Below, piece after piece: positions 47,842 through 57,872 of a stretch of 64,000 nucleotides of DNA (positions are counted from its first letter, which is position 1; each line of letters starts with the position of its first letter). Location: NCBI GenBank assembly GCA_965226585.1, contig OZ245366.1, positions 1,312,001 through 1,376,000 on the forward strand, in the 5' to 3' direction. The notes beneath the pieces are model-generated. The model had not been told where the DNA came from, did no database searches, and saw nothing but the letters and a program-made list of their open reading frames with translations. Source of the stretch: Thermodesulfobacteriota bacterium (GTDB taxonomy: Bacteria; Desulfobacterota_D; UBA1144; Nemesobacterales; Mycalebacteriaceae). A program made the position numbers and the translations under genes.

Positions 47842-50800
47842 TTAGAACGCCACGTTAAGCCTGCCGGTTACGGCGTGGGTAACTGTGTCAAATCCCGCGC
47901 TCGCGCCGCCATCGTAGTTCAGGGTGAAGGTTACGCTCTCAGTAGGTGTTATCTCCGCGCCGGCTCCTACTTTTATGTTTATCCGCTCAAGTGTGCCGGT
48001 TGTGTTCACAGGCTCGTCATCACCTATTGTCGCCTTAATGTCTGACTCAGGGTTGAGTATGTGCGCGTCAACTCCAAGAGTCGCGCTCAAAGTCAATGTG
48101 TCGTTAGAGGAGTAAAGCGCGCTGACTGACGGAGTCGCGTATATGAGAATGTCGTCAAACTGATTTACGGTTAGTTTGTTGTCCTCTTCACCAGTGTTTG
48201 TTGTGTCAGTACCTTGACCAAGGAAGCTTTCCACAAACTGTTCCGTCTCAATGTATGTTATGCCCGTCTCAATCCTCGGTATGACCGTGAACTCACCGTA
48301 ATCAAACGACATCTCCGCTCCGGCGGCTCCGCCGTAGGTTCTCGCGTCTGTTTTCGCGCCAAATCTGCCGTCAAACCTGCTGTCGTCGTTGGGGTCAGTA
48401 GGGGTGGTGTTGACATCAATCGTCTTCATATCCGTTCTTGAAGAAGACCAGTCGCCCTGAGCGAACTCAAACCGTCCGTCTATCTGAACCTTTTCAAATA
48501 TCGTTTTGGAAGCGAACAGTCCGAACATGAACCTTTCAAAGTCCGCATCCGCAACTCCGCCGCTGTTTTCTTCAGTTACGTCAAACGATGACGCCTCGTA
48601 TCCAAATCCGAGAGATGTCGCTATACCCGCAAACGGCATTGAAACACCGCCAACAAATGAGTAGGCAGTCTCGTCAAACTCAAAGTCCGGCGAGTGGCGG
48701 GTGAACCTTCCGCCGGAAAGCGCCCATACGCATCCGCCGCTCACAACTCCCTCTCCGTCAACAGACGCTCCGCCGCCGCATCCTTTACGCAGATGAGAAC
48801 CAAAGTATCTGTCTGAGTAGTACGCAGACTGAATAAGGGCGTCATATACCTGCAAGTTCAATTCGTTATTCGCGGCAAGTGTGACAAACCCATTTTCATC
48901 CGCTCCCAACCGCTCATAAATCTCAGCCGGATTCTCAGGCAGGTCTTCAGAGGCGAAAATCACGTATTCGCCGTGATTCAGCCCGGCTCCGAGTCTGATG
49001 TTAAAGTCTTCGGGAAGGTCCTCGGCGGTTATTGTGCCTTCAATGTCTATAAGCGGTTTGTCCGCCATCTCGCCGGAACTCGCCGAGACAACAAGAGTCG
49101 CGCCTTCGCCGAACTTTATACTCTCAAGCCCGGTAAATCCGTCCGCGCCCTCAATCACTGTTGTGCCGTTGCTTATGAAGCGGTCATTACCGCCTTCGCC
49201 AAAGTCTATGCTCGCGTGTGTGTCCTCAGAAGCGGGGTCTATTGCAGAAAGACTGAAACGCGCCCCGCCGCCTGATGCCGGTGAAGATTGCGCCCCGGAT
49301 GAAAGACGGAAACGTCCGGTTCCGCCGGCAGACGGAGTGGTTTCCGCATTCTCAAACATGAAAGAACCCACAGTAAGCGTTGAACCCGTTTCAGTCGTAA
49401 CGGTGTCTCCATCGCCCGCGCCGAGGTCAAGGTTGCCCGTAAGCGTGAATGTGGAACCGCTCTTAATGGTAATCGTGTCGTTACCGCCTCCGGTGTCTCC
49501 CGAACCCGTGAAATCTCCCTCGTTGATGAAGGTATCCGCGCCACCGGCAAGTTGTATTCTGCCGGTTATGTTGCCGTCTGAGTGGGTTGTTATTCCTATC
49601 CCCGCAGTGCTTCCGGAATCAATTGAAAAGTGAACCGCATTCACAGCCGCCGTCTCCGTGCAGGTTGTGCCTGAAAGCACACCGCCGCAAACTATCGCGC
49701 CATTTCCAACTTGAAGTTGCTGATCAAGCGCTGCCGCGACTATCTTTACCGTGTTTCCGCCCGAACTGTTTGACCACACTCTCGCATCTTCAAGAACAAG
49801 ACCCGAAAGCCATGTGTGGATGGCTGAAGATGAAAGCCCCTCAGCCCATACTTGCGCCGTTTCTCCGTCCGGTGCGGAGAACTTAACTTCCGTTGGGGCG
49901 CCCACATCTACCGTCGGGAATCCGGAGAAATGCTGTATCCTGTTGGAAGAGTCATGGGAAGAAGAGCGAGGGACAGAAGAGGAAGCCGCGGCAACCCTTC
50001 TTACGCTTATGGTGGCGGTGTCTGAGCCGTTTGACCATATCTGCGCTCCGGTTTCAAGCGAAACCTCTCCGCTTACCGTCTCTATCCTGATAGCGCCGGA
50101 ATCAACCCCTTCAGACCAAACCTGTCTTGGGTCAAAGTAAGTGCCCACTGCCGCCGGGTCGGCTGAAGAATGCGCGAAGTCAAAGGCAACCGCGTTTTCT
50201 CCGGTTGTCCAAACCCTGTCTATCTCTGTTATCCCTATGTTGGATTTGCCTGAAATCGTAAAGTCTCTAATTTTTACTGTCGCGTCTGATGTTTCAACAC
50301 TTGCTGAGAACAGAGGTCCAGTTACGGAATCTCCCGACCTGAACGATGAGTTGGTTGATGTAACGGTTATGTCGTCATCTGAACCTGCTATTTTGAGTAT
50401 CTCGCCGTCTTGAGAATTGATGCCGACCACCGAGTTGTGAACCGCAAGTTCCACGCCGTAGCCCGCGCCCGCCGTCAAATCAAACACCACAGAGTTGTCG
50501 CCCTCCACCCAAACTTCCGTTCCGTTGTCTATGTTGATGACAATGGGACCCTCTCCCGCGTCTGCTTCAAACACAGTGGAATTGGCTCCGTTTGTCCACG
50601 CCTGTGATGCGTCAAACCGCGTAATTGCCGTTGAAAACTGAGTTTCGGTATTTTCCCCGTCAACGGTTGACAGTTTTACCGCCGAAGAGTTGGCTCCGGT
50701 TGTCCAAATTGCGGCTCCCTCTCTCACACTCAGGGTTGAAATGCCGCCGTCCATTGTTGAAACATCAGCCGCTACGGAGTTGAGTCCGCGGGCAGAAACA

Positions 50801-53800
50801 TTCGCGCCGTTCACCACTTCCGCAGAAGTTACACCGCTGTCAACAACCAGACGGGTTTCGCCCAGTTCAATGCCGAAGAGAACTGATAACGTAGTTGAGT
50901 TTTCAATTTTTAAGTTGAAGGTGCCGTTGGCTTCAAGGTCAAACAAGTCGGTTCCGTTAAACCGCGCGAGACCTGTGATAGCATCCTCTCCGAGTGTCTC
51001 GCCCGCGTGTTCCGTGAGAAGGGAGATTGCCGCCGAGTTTACTCCCATGGCTGTAACATTTGAGCCGTTGACGCTCACAAACGGGCTTCCGCCCAGTTCG
51101 GCATGAGCGAATATGCCTTTAGAGTCGGCTCCCAGGGCAATTATGTCTGTTCCGTTTGCTATTTCCGCGCTCGCGTTTCCGCCGTTGTATGTTGCCACCT
51201 CAACCGCCGTGCCTTCGCCGAGCGTTACAGTTACCGTGGAACTGTTGATGTGCAGGTTGGTAATGCCTCTGTCCGCCGCGCGCGCGTCCGTCAGGTTTGC
51301 CACCAGAGACGCATTTGTCGCCCTCTTTGTGGCGGAAGCGTAGATTGCCGTTGCTCCCGCGCTGTTTGAAAACACATTTGAGTCTCTCACCGTCATGTCG
51401 GCAACTCCGCCGCTTTCGCTGTTCACGCTGATTGCCGTGGGGGAAAAGTCATCCGCGTCTCCCGCCCATACATTTGAGTCGGTAACGTTGACAGTGGAAA
51501 CACCGTTCCAGAAGGCGATTGTGCTGATGGCGATGGGGTTATATCCACTTGCCGCAGGAGTTGGCGTGTAGAACGCCGATACATTTGAAGACACCACATC
51601 CATTCCGATTGCTCCGTCAAGCGTATACGCAGAAATTGCCGCTGAGCCGTCTCCCGCGCTGTTAGTCCACACATTTGAACTGGCTATATCAATGTCAGCG
51701 GTTGTGCCCGCTTCGTAAAATGAAATTGTTGTCGCGCCGGGTCCGTTAGTCCAAACATCCGAGCCTCTCAAATTAAGGAGTATTTCCGTGCTGTCCGCAT
51801 CCAGTTGGACAAGGGCGATTGCCTCGCTGTCTCCCAAAGTTGTTTCAGCCCACAATTCCGTGCCGTTGCTGATATCCGCCGATTGCGTTTCAACCGTTAC
51901 GCTTCCCCCAAGGGATTGCGTCCATATTTTCGCGCCGTTGGCTTGCAGGAGTGGCGAGATAACCGCTCTGCCGCCCGCGCCGTTAGCCCACACCTGCGCA
52001 TCCGCCTCAACGGTTACCAGTTGGTCGCTCACTATCGCGGCGCTTATTTCGCCTTCTGTTGTAAAAGTTAAAAGCCCGTCACTCGCAAAGTCTGCCACGG
52101 TGCCGGTTACGTCCGCTTCCGCCCACACTTGAGTGCCCGCGCCGTTGACGGTTACGACTGTTGTAGCCCTAACCGCGTTGCTTGCCGCTCCGTTTGCCCA
52201 AACTTTCGCGCCGTTCCAAATGCTGATAGCTGCAGACGCTATGGTGTCGGTTGTGTTGCCTTCCGTCCAGACCTGAGTGTCCGTGCCGTTGACTGTCGCG
52301 CTTGATCCCGCAGAAACCGCCCGGCTTTCCGCGCCGTTTGCCCAAACTTTCACGCCGTCATTGATATATGCCGCTGTTGCTTTTACTGTTCGCGCGCCGC
52401 CGAGTGTTGTCCAAATCTGTCCCGTTGCGTCATCCGCCACGATGCTGACCGTTCCGGAAGCTCCCGCAGAAACCGCCGAACTGGTGCTCGCCCCGCTTGC
52501 CCAAACCTTTCCTTCGTTTGAAACATTCAAAGTTGCCGTAACTATTGCGTTGCTTGTCGCCCCGTTGCTCCAGACACTTGCGCCATTGACAGTTACAGAG
52601 GTTGTTGCCGAAGCCGCGTTGCTTGTCGCTCCGTTTGCCCAAACCTTCGCGCTGTTCCAGATAGTAACAGTCGGAGCCGTTATGGTGTCGGTTGTGTCGC
52701 CTTCCGTCCACACTTCAGTTTCCGCGCTGTTGACTGTTACGGTTGTTGCCGAAGCCGCCCGGCTTCCCGTGCCATTTGCCCAAACTTTCACGCCGTCATT
52801 AATATATGCCGTTGTCGCTTTTACTGTTGAAACGCCGCCAACTGTTGTCCAAACTTCTCCGCCGCCATCCACTGATATGATGTTGACCGTTGTTCCGTCT
52901 TTCGCCGCAACCGCCGAACTGTCCACTCCGTTTGCCCAAACCCTTCCGCCGCCCGAAACATTTACCGTTGCGGCAACTATCGTGTTGGCGTCAGATCCCT
53001 GCGTTGTCCAAACCTCAGAGTTGTCAACCAAAACGGTTGTCCCTTCAACCGCGTTGCTTGTTGAGCCGTTTGCCCAAACCTTCGCCCTGTTCCAGATGTT
53101 CACAGTTGGAGCCTTGATGGTGTCGGTTGTGTCGCCTTCCGTCCACACTTCAGTGCGAAAGCTGTTGACTGTTGCTATTGTTGTAGCCGAAACCGCCTGA
53201 CTTCCCGTGCCGTTTGCCCAAACTTTCACACCGTCATTAATATATGCCGTTGTCGCTTTTACTGTTTGAACGCCGCCAACCGTTGTCCAAACCTTTCCCG
53301 TTGCGTCATCCGCCACTATGTTGACCGTTCCCGAAACTCCCGCAGAAACCGCAGAACTGCCCGTGCCTTCCGCCCAAACCTTTCCTTCATTTGAAACATT
53401 CAAAGTTGCCGTAACTACCGTGTTGCTTGTCGCCCCGTTGCTCCACACTTTCGCGTTATTGACTGTTACGGAGGTTGTTGCCGTAACTGTGTTGCTTGTT
53501 ACGCCGTTTGCCCAAACATCTGCTTCGTTCCAAATGTTCACAGTTGGCGCAACGATGGTGTCGGTTGTGTTGCCTTCCGTCCAGACTTGGGTGTTTGTGC
53601 TATTGACTGTTGCTGTTGTTGTAGCCGAAACCGCCTGACTTCCCGCGCCGTTTGCCCACACTTTCACGCCGTCATTAATATATGCCGTTGCTCCTTTTAC
53701 TGTCTGAACGCCGCCAACTGTTGTCCAAACCTGTCCGTCTCCATCTGTTGATACGATGTTGACCGTTCCCGTTCTCGCCGCAACCGCCGAACTTGTCGTG

Positions 53801-56800
53801 CCGTTAGCCCAGACCTTTCCGCCGCCGGAAACATTCACCGTGCCTGCGACTATCGCGTTGCTTGCGGTTGCCGTTGTCTCCGTCCAAACTTCAGAGTTGT
53901 TGACTGCCACGGTTGCCGAGACAATCGCGTTGCTTGTTGCTCCGTTAGACCATATCTTGGATTCGTTGAAAATATCCGCATGACTGCCGGTTGCGTATAT
54001 TGTGCTTGCGCCCGCGCCTTGCGACCACACCTGCGAGCCGTTGACGGTTATCCCGCCTCCGCCCTGAGTTATGCTAATGGCTCTGCCGCTCACACCGTTA
54101 GACCAAACTTTCGCTTCGTTTTCTATAGCCACACTCGCGCCTAATGTTGTTTGAATTGCGCTGCTAACCGCGCCGCTTCTGCTTCCTTCTTCCCACACTT
54201 CCGCATTGTTGACTTTTATGGATGACCCGCTTCCGGTCGCGGCAAGGGTTTCGCTTCTTCCTCCGTTAGACCAAACTTTCGCTTCGTTTTCTACGAACAT
54301 CTCGCGGTTGTCTCTTACAAATATTGTTTGCGAGTCATCACTTAGCGTCCACACTTTCGTGCTACTGCCGTTGACTCTTACACTTGCGCCGCCGCGCCCT
54401 TGAATTGCTTTACTGCCTGAGCCGTTAGTCCACACTGAGCCGCCATACACATTCACTATGCCGCGACTGCCCGTCGCAACGATTGCGTCACCGGCAGGTC
54501 CCTCCGCCCAAACCTCTGTGCCGCTGCCGTTGACTGTTACGGTTCTGGCGTTAATGGTTTCCGTTGTTCCGCCGCCGTTAGACCAGACTTTTGAACTGCC
54601 GTACACACCAACTGTTCCTGCGGCTGAAATAATTGTCTGAGAGCCGCCGCCAATCGTCCACACACTTGACGCGCCGTTGACCGTTACGGCTGTTGCCGCC
54701 GCAACTGCGTTGCTTCCCGCGCCGTTTGCCCACACGCTTACGCCGTCATTAATATATGCCGTTGTTCCTTTTACTGTTGAAACGCCGCCAACCATTGTCC
54801 AAATCTCTCCGTCTCCGTCTCTTGATATGATGTTGACCGTTGTGCCGTCTTTCGCCGCAACCGCCGAACTGTCCACTCCGTTTGCCCAAACCTTTCCGCC
54901 GCCCGAAACATTTACCGTCGCGGCAACTATCGTGTTGGCGTCAATTCCCTGCGTTGTCCAAACCTCAGAGTTGTCAACCAAAACGGTTGTCCCTTCAACG
55001 GCGTTGCTTGTTGAGCCGTTTGCCCAAACCTTCGCTCTGTTCCAAATGTTCACAGTTGGAGCCTGTATCGTGTCGCTGTCGCTGCCTTCCGTCCACACTT
55101 GCGCGCCGTTGACTGTTGCCGTTGCCGCCGTAACCGCCTGACTTGCTGAGCCGTTTGCCCACACTTTCAGGTCGTTGATTTCCGCCGTTGTTGTTGCTTT
55201 TACTGTCGGAACTCCTCTGAGCGTTGTCCAAATCTCTCCCGTTCCGTCTGCTGATACGATGGTAACCCCTCCGCCCGTTTCCGCAGAAACCGCCGAACTG
55301 TCTGTGCCGCTTGCCCATACCTTGCCCAGATTTGAAACGTTGACTGTTGTGCCAACTATCGCGTTGCTTGTGGCTCCGTTAGCCCAAACGTGGGTGTCTG
55401 TGCCGTTGACTATAACGGTTGCCGCCTTTACCGTGTTGCTTGTCGCTCCGTTTGACCACACTTTCGCGCCGTTCCAGATGTTTGCCGTGCCTGTTGCAAC
55501 TATGGTGTTGCTTGTGTCGCCGTTTGCCCACACTTCCGCTGTGCCGTTGATTGTTACGGTTGCCGCCGTAACCGCCTGACTTGTTACGCCGTTAGACCAC
55601 ACTTTCAAGCCGTGAATGCCTGCCGTTGTTGTTGCCTTTACCGTTGAACTTCCCGAAGCGTTAGACCACACTTCTCCCTTCCCGTCTCTTGATACGACCG
55701 TAACCCCTCCGCCGGCTTTCGCTGAAATTGCCGAACTTCCGGAAGCGTTAGACCACACTTTCGCGTCATTTGAAGCGTTGACCGTGTCGGCAACTATAGA
55801 GTTGCTTGTGCCGCCCGTTGTCCACACTTCAGAGCCGTTGACCACAACAGTTGTTGCTGAAATGGCGTTGGCTGTCGCTCCGGTAGCCCGCACTTTTGAG
55901 GCGTTCCACACATTCGCGCCAGCTGCTGAGATTGTGGTGGCTCCCGTTTTGTTCGTCCACACATCCGCGCCGCTGACATCAACATCACCGGTCGCCAAAA
56001 TCGCGAAATCCGAACCGTTGCCGCCAATATCTGCGTCCACAACATTCACCGTTGACGCATTAATTGCCGCAAATCCGCCTTCCGTCCAGACGGAAAGACC
56101 GTTATCTTGTCCCGCCACTACTGACAGGGTTCCCGTGCCCGTGGTTGACGCTTCAATGGCAATACTTCCGGCTCCATCCGCCCACAAAACTGAACCGCCG
56201 TTTCCGCCTATGTTTATGTCTCCGCCGCTTGTGGATTTTGCTATAATGCCGTTCCCGCCTGTGGGGATTGAGCCTTTTCCGCCTCTTCCATAGACGATTC
56301 CGTTTGCGAGAGCAAGGTTAATATCTCCGATAGCCGTGCTGGCTATGATGCCGTCTTTACCAACTATGCAGGCGGTGTCGTTCGCAAGTACCATGCTTAT
56401 GGATCCCGTGCCTCCGGTGGTTGCCGCCAAGCCGTAAGAGTTTCCTACGGATGAGGCAACTATTGCCGCGCTGTTTGTAATTTCAACTGTTATGGCTCCG
56501 CCTGCGGATGTGAGTGTCGCGCCTCTTGTGTCTAAAAGTTCGTCCCGCCTTGTCGAGTCCCGCGTTGCCGCATTGATAACCATGTGGATGTACGATTTTT
56601 CGTCTGCAAGCGTAAAGTCAATATCTCCGCTTGTTGTGTTTGCTATCAGGCCGTTCGTGCCGCTTTGATCCGAAAAGATTAATCCCTTAGTGGAGATGTC
56701 CACGTCCACTTTTCCGACTGTGGATGTTGCTATAATGCCGTTTCCGCCGGTTCCCCCGATTTTAACTCTTGTGGTGTTGTGAATATCTACATTCACAACG

Positions 56801-57186
56801 CCCGTTCCGGCTGTGATGGTAGCAACGTTTCCATCGCTTCCGTTTTTGACGGTGAACGAGCCGTTATCGCCTCTGAAGGTAGCGTCAGTCGCGCCGCCGA
56901 TAACTACTGCGTCTCCGTCTGTCCGGGTTGTTGTGGTTGTTGCATTGGAAGAGGTAAGGTTGGCAGACCCTGTGGCGGAGTTGACTGTAACAACGGGACC
57001 ATCCGTAACCACGGAAGGCAAACCGTCTGTGATGTTAAGCGTGGCGTCTCCTGTTGTGGAAGTACAATCAATTGCGGTTGCGGTATCCGGGTTCACATCG
57101 CCGCAAGTCCTTTGCGCATGGGAGTTTTGCGGCGCAAAAGCAAATAGAATTGCGAACAGAGAGATAATGGTTAATTTTCTGTGCAT
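47842..57186 (-). CDS. Autotransporter/adhesin 7 (3114 aa), divergent barrel type D
   Basis: Signal peptide (..SHA|Q), repeats, C-terminus ...AVTGRLNVAF; 12 bp from the next gene's start. Confidence 0.87.
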   Translation of the reverse strand: MHRKLTIISLFAILFAFAPQNSHAQRTCGDVNPDTATAIDCTSTTGDATLNITDGLPSVVTDGPVVTVNSATGSANLTSSNATTTTTRTDGDAVVIGGATDATFRGDNGSFTVKNGSDGNVATITAGTGVVNVDIHNTTRVKIGGTGGNGIIATSTVGKVDVDISTKGLIFSDQSGTNGLIANTTSGDIDFTLADEKSYIHMVINAATRDSTRRDELLDTRGATLTSAGGAITVEITNSAAIVASSVGNSYGLAATTGGTGSISMVLANDTACIVGKDGIIASTAIGDINLALANGIVYGRGGKGSIPTGGNGIIAKSTSGGDINIGGNGGSVLWADGAGSIAIEASTTGTGTLSVVAGQDNGLSVWTEGGFAAINASTVNVVDADIGGNGSDFAILATGDVDVSGADVWTNKTGATTISAAGANVWNASKVRATGATANAISATTVVVNGSEVWTTGGTSNSIVADTVNASNDAKVWSNASGSSAISAKAGGGVTVVSRDGKGEVWSNASGSSTVKATTTAGIHGLKVWSNGVTSQAVTAATVTINGTAEVWANGDTSNTIVATGTANIWNGAKVWSNGATSNTVKAATVIVNGTDTHVWANGATSNAIVGTTVNVSNLGKVWASGTDSSAVSAETGGGVTIVSADGTGEIWTTLRGVPTVKATTTAEINDLKVWANGSASQAVTAATATVNGAQVWTEGSDSDTIQAPTVNIWNRAKVWANGSTSNAVEGTTVLVDNSEVWTTQGIDANTIVAATVNVSGGGKVWANGVDSSAVAAKDGTTVNIISRDGDGEIWTMVGGVSTVKGTTAYINDGVSVWANGAGSNAVAAATAVTVNGASSVWTIGGGSQTIISAAGTVGVYGSSKVWSNGGGTTETINARTVTVNGSGTEVWAEGPAGDAIVATGSRGIVNVYGGSVWTNGSGSKAIQGRGGASVRVNGSSTKVWTLSDDSQTIFVRDNREMFVENEAKVWSNGGRSETLAATGSGSSIKVNNAEVWEEGSRSGAVSSAIQTTLGASVAIENEAKVWSNGVSGRAISITQGGGGITVNGSQVWSQGAGASTIYATGSHADIFNESKIWSNGATSNAIVSATVAVNNSEVWTETTATASNAIVAGTVNVSGGGKVWANGTTSSAVAARTGTVNIVSTDGDGQVWTTVGGVQTVKGATAYINDGVKVWANGAGSQAVSATTTATVNSTNTQVWTEGNTTDTIVAPTVNIWNEADVWANGVTSNTVTATTSVTVNNAKVWSNGATSNTVVTATLNVSNEGKVWAEGTGSSAVSAGVSGTVNIVADDATGKVWTTVGGVQTVKATTAYINDGVKVWANGTGSQAVSATTIATVNSFRTEVWTEGDTTDTIKAPTVNIWNRAKVWANGSTSNAVEGTTVLVDNSEVWTTQGSDANTIVAATVNVSGGGRVWANGVDSSAVAAKDGTTVNIISVDGGGEVWTTVGGVSTVKATTAYINDGVKVWANGTGSRAASATTVTVNSAETEVWTEGDTTDTITAPTVTIWNSAKVWANGATSNAASATTSVTVNGASVWSNGATSNAIVTATLNVSNEGKVWASGASTSSAVSAGASGTVSIVADDATGQIWTTLGGARTVKATAAYINDGVKVWANGAESRAVSAGSSATVNGTDTQVWTEGNTTDTIASAAISIWNGAKVWANGAASNAVRATTVVTVNGAGTQVWAEADVTGTVADFASDGLLTFTTEGEISAAIVSDQLVTVEADAQVWANGAGGRAVISPLLQANGAKIWTQSLGGSVTVETQSADISNGTELWAETTLGDSEAIALVQLDADSTEILLNLRGSDVWTNGPGATTISFYEAGTTADIDIASSNVWTNSAGDGSAAISAYTLDGAIGMDVVSSNVSAFYTPTPAASGYNPIAISTIAFWNGVSTVNVTDSNVWAGDADDFSPTAISVNSESGGVADMTVRDSNVFSNSAGATAIYASATKRATNASLVANLTDARAADRGITNLHINSSTVTVTLGEGTAVEVATYNGGNASAEIANGTDIIALGADSKGIFAHAELGGSPFVSVNGSNVTAMGVNSAAISLLTEHAGETLGEDAITGLARFNGTDLFDLEANGTFNLKIENSTTLSVLFGIELGETRLVVDSGVTSAEVVNGANVSARGLNSVAADVSTMDGGISTLSVREGAAIWTTGANSSAVKLSTVDGENTETQFSTAITRFDASQAWTNGANSTVFEADAGEGPIVINIDNGTEVWVEGDNSVVFDLTAGAGYGVELAVHNSVVGINSQDGEILKIAGSDDDITVTSTNSSFRSGDSVTGPLFSASVETSDATVKIRDFTISGKSNIGITEIDRVWTTGENAVAFDFAHSSADPAAVGTYFDPRQVWSEGVDSGAIRIETVSGEVSLETGAQIWSNGSDTATISVRRVAAASSSVPRSSSHDSSNRIQHFSGFPTVDVGAPTEVKFSAPDGETAQVWAEGLSSSAIHTWLSGLVLEDARVWSNSSGGNTVKIVAAALDQQLQVGNGAIVCGGVLSGTTCTETAAVNAVHFSIDSGSTAGIGITTHSDGNITGRIQLAGGADTFINEGDFTGSGDTGGGNDTITIKSGSTFTLTGNLDLGAGDGDTVTTETGSTLTVGSFMFENAETTPSAGGTGRFRLSSGAQSSPASGGGARFSLSAIDPASEDTHASIDFGEGGNDRFISNGTTVIEGADGFTGLESIKFGEGATLVVSASSGEMADKPLIDIEGTITAEDLPEDFNIRLGAGLNHGEYVIFASEDLPENPAEIYERLGADENGFVTLAANNELNLQVYDALIQSAYYSDRYFGSHLRKGCGGGASVDGEGVVSGGCVWALSGGRFTRHSPDFEFDETAYSFVGGVSMPFAGIATSLGFGYEASSFDVTEENSGGVADADFERFMFGLFASKTIFEKVQIDGRFEFAQGDWSSSRTDMKTIDVNTTPTDPNDDSRFDGRFGAKTDARTYGGAAGAEMSFDYGEFTVIPRIETGITYIETEQFVESFLGQGTDTTNTGEEDNKLTVNQFDDILIYATPSVSALYSSNDTLTLSATLGVDAHILNPESDIKATIGDDEPVNTTGTLERINIKVGAGAEITPTESVTFTLNYDGGASAGFDTVTHAVTGRLNVAF

Positions 57187-57229
57187 TAAGGGTTCCCTAG
57201 AGGGGTAACTGGGTTAACTAATCTTGGAG

Positions 57230-57258
57230 AATGTATAGTTGAACGGGGGTTGTGTCAA
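57230..57258 (-). promoter_or_regulatory. Putative sigma70 promoter for autotransporters 7-6(-5)
   Basis: Minus strand TTGACA-N17-TACATT. Confidence 0.65.
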
Positions 57259-57290
57259 GAATTAAAAGGGGGGGGCAGGAAAAAATTTTC

Positions 57291-57866
57291 ACTCCTGCGG
57301 AGGCAAGAATCCGGTAGTTAGCCCAGTTGAATACTGGATTCCGTGTCAGGCACGGAATGACGGAAAGAAAAAAAGGCGCGGAATGGCACACTTTCCCGTC
57401 ATTCCTGCGAAAGCAGGAATCCAGTATTGGTTAGCCCAGTTGAATACTGGATTCCGTGTCAGGCACGGAATGACGGAAAGGAAAAAGGCACGGAATGACA
57501 CACTTTCCCGTCATTCCTGCGAAAGCAGGAATCCAGTATTGGTTAGCCCAGTTGAATACTGGATTCCGTGTCAGGCACGGAATGACGGGAAGGAAAAAGG
57601 CACGGAATGGCACACTTCCCCGTCATTCCTGCGGAAGCAGGAATCCAGTATTGGTTAGCCCAGCTGAATACTGGATTCCGTGTCAGGCACGGAATGACGG
57701 AAAGGGGAAAAAGGCACGGAATGACGGGAAGGAAAAAAGGCACGGAATGGCACACTTCCCCGTCATTCCTGCGGAAGCAGGAATCCAGTATTGGTTAGCC
57801 AGCTGAATACTGGATTCCGTGTCAGGCACGGAATGACGGAAAGGAAAAAAGGCGCGGAATGACGGG
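57291..57866. repeat. Tandem array of four full CGTC doublets plus one degenerate leading unit
   Basis: Full units start at 57397, 57509, 57621, 57761. Confidence 0.95.
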
Positions 57867-57872
57867 ATGGGG

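Noticed and set aside
57268..57275. G8 tract as a phase-variation switch for autotransporter 7
   Set aside because: Short, lies upstream of the -35 rather than in the spacer or CDS, and is not conserved in the paralogous region.
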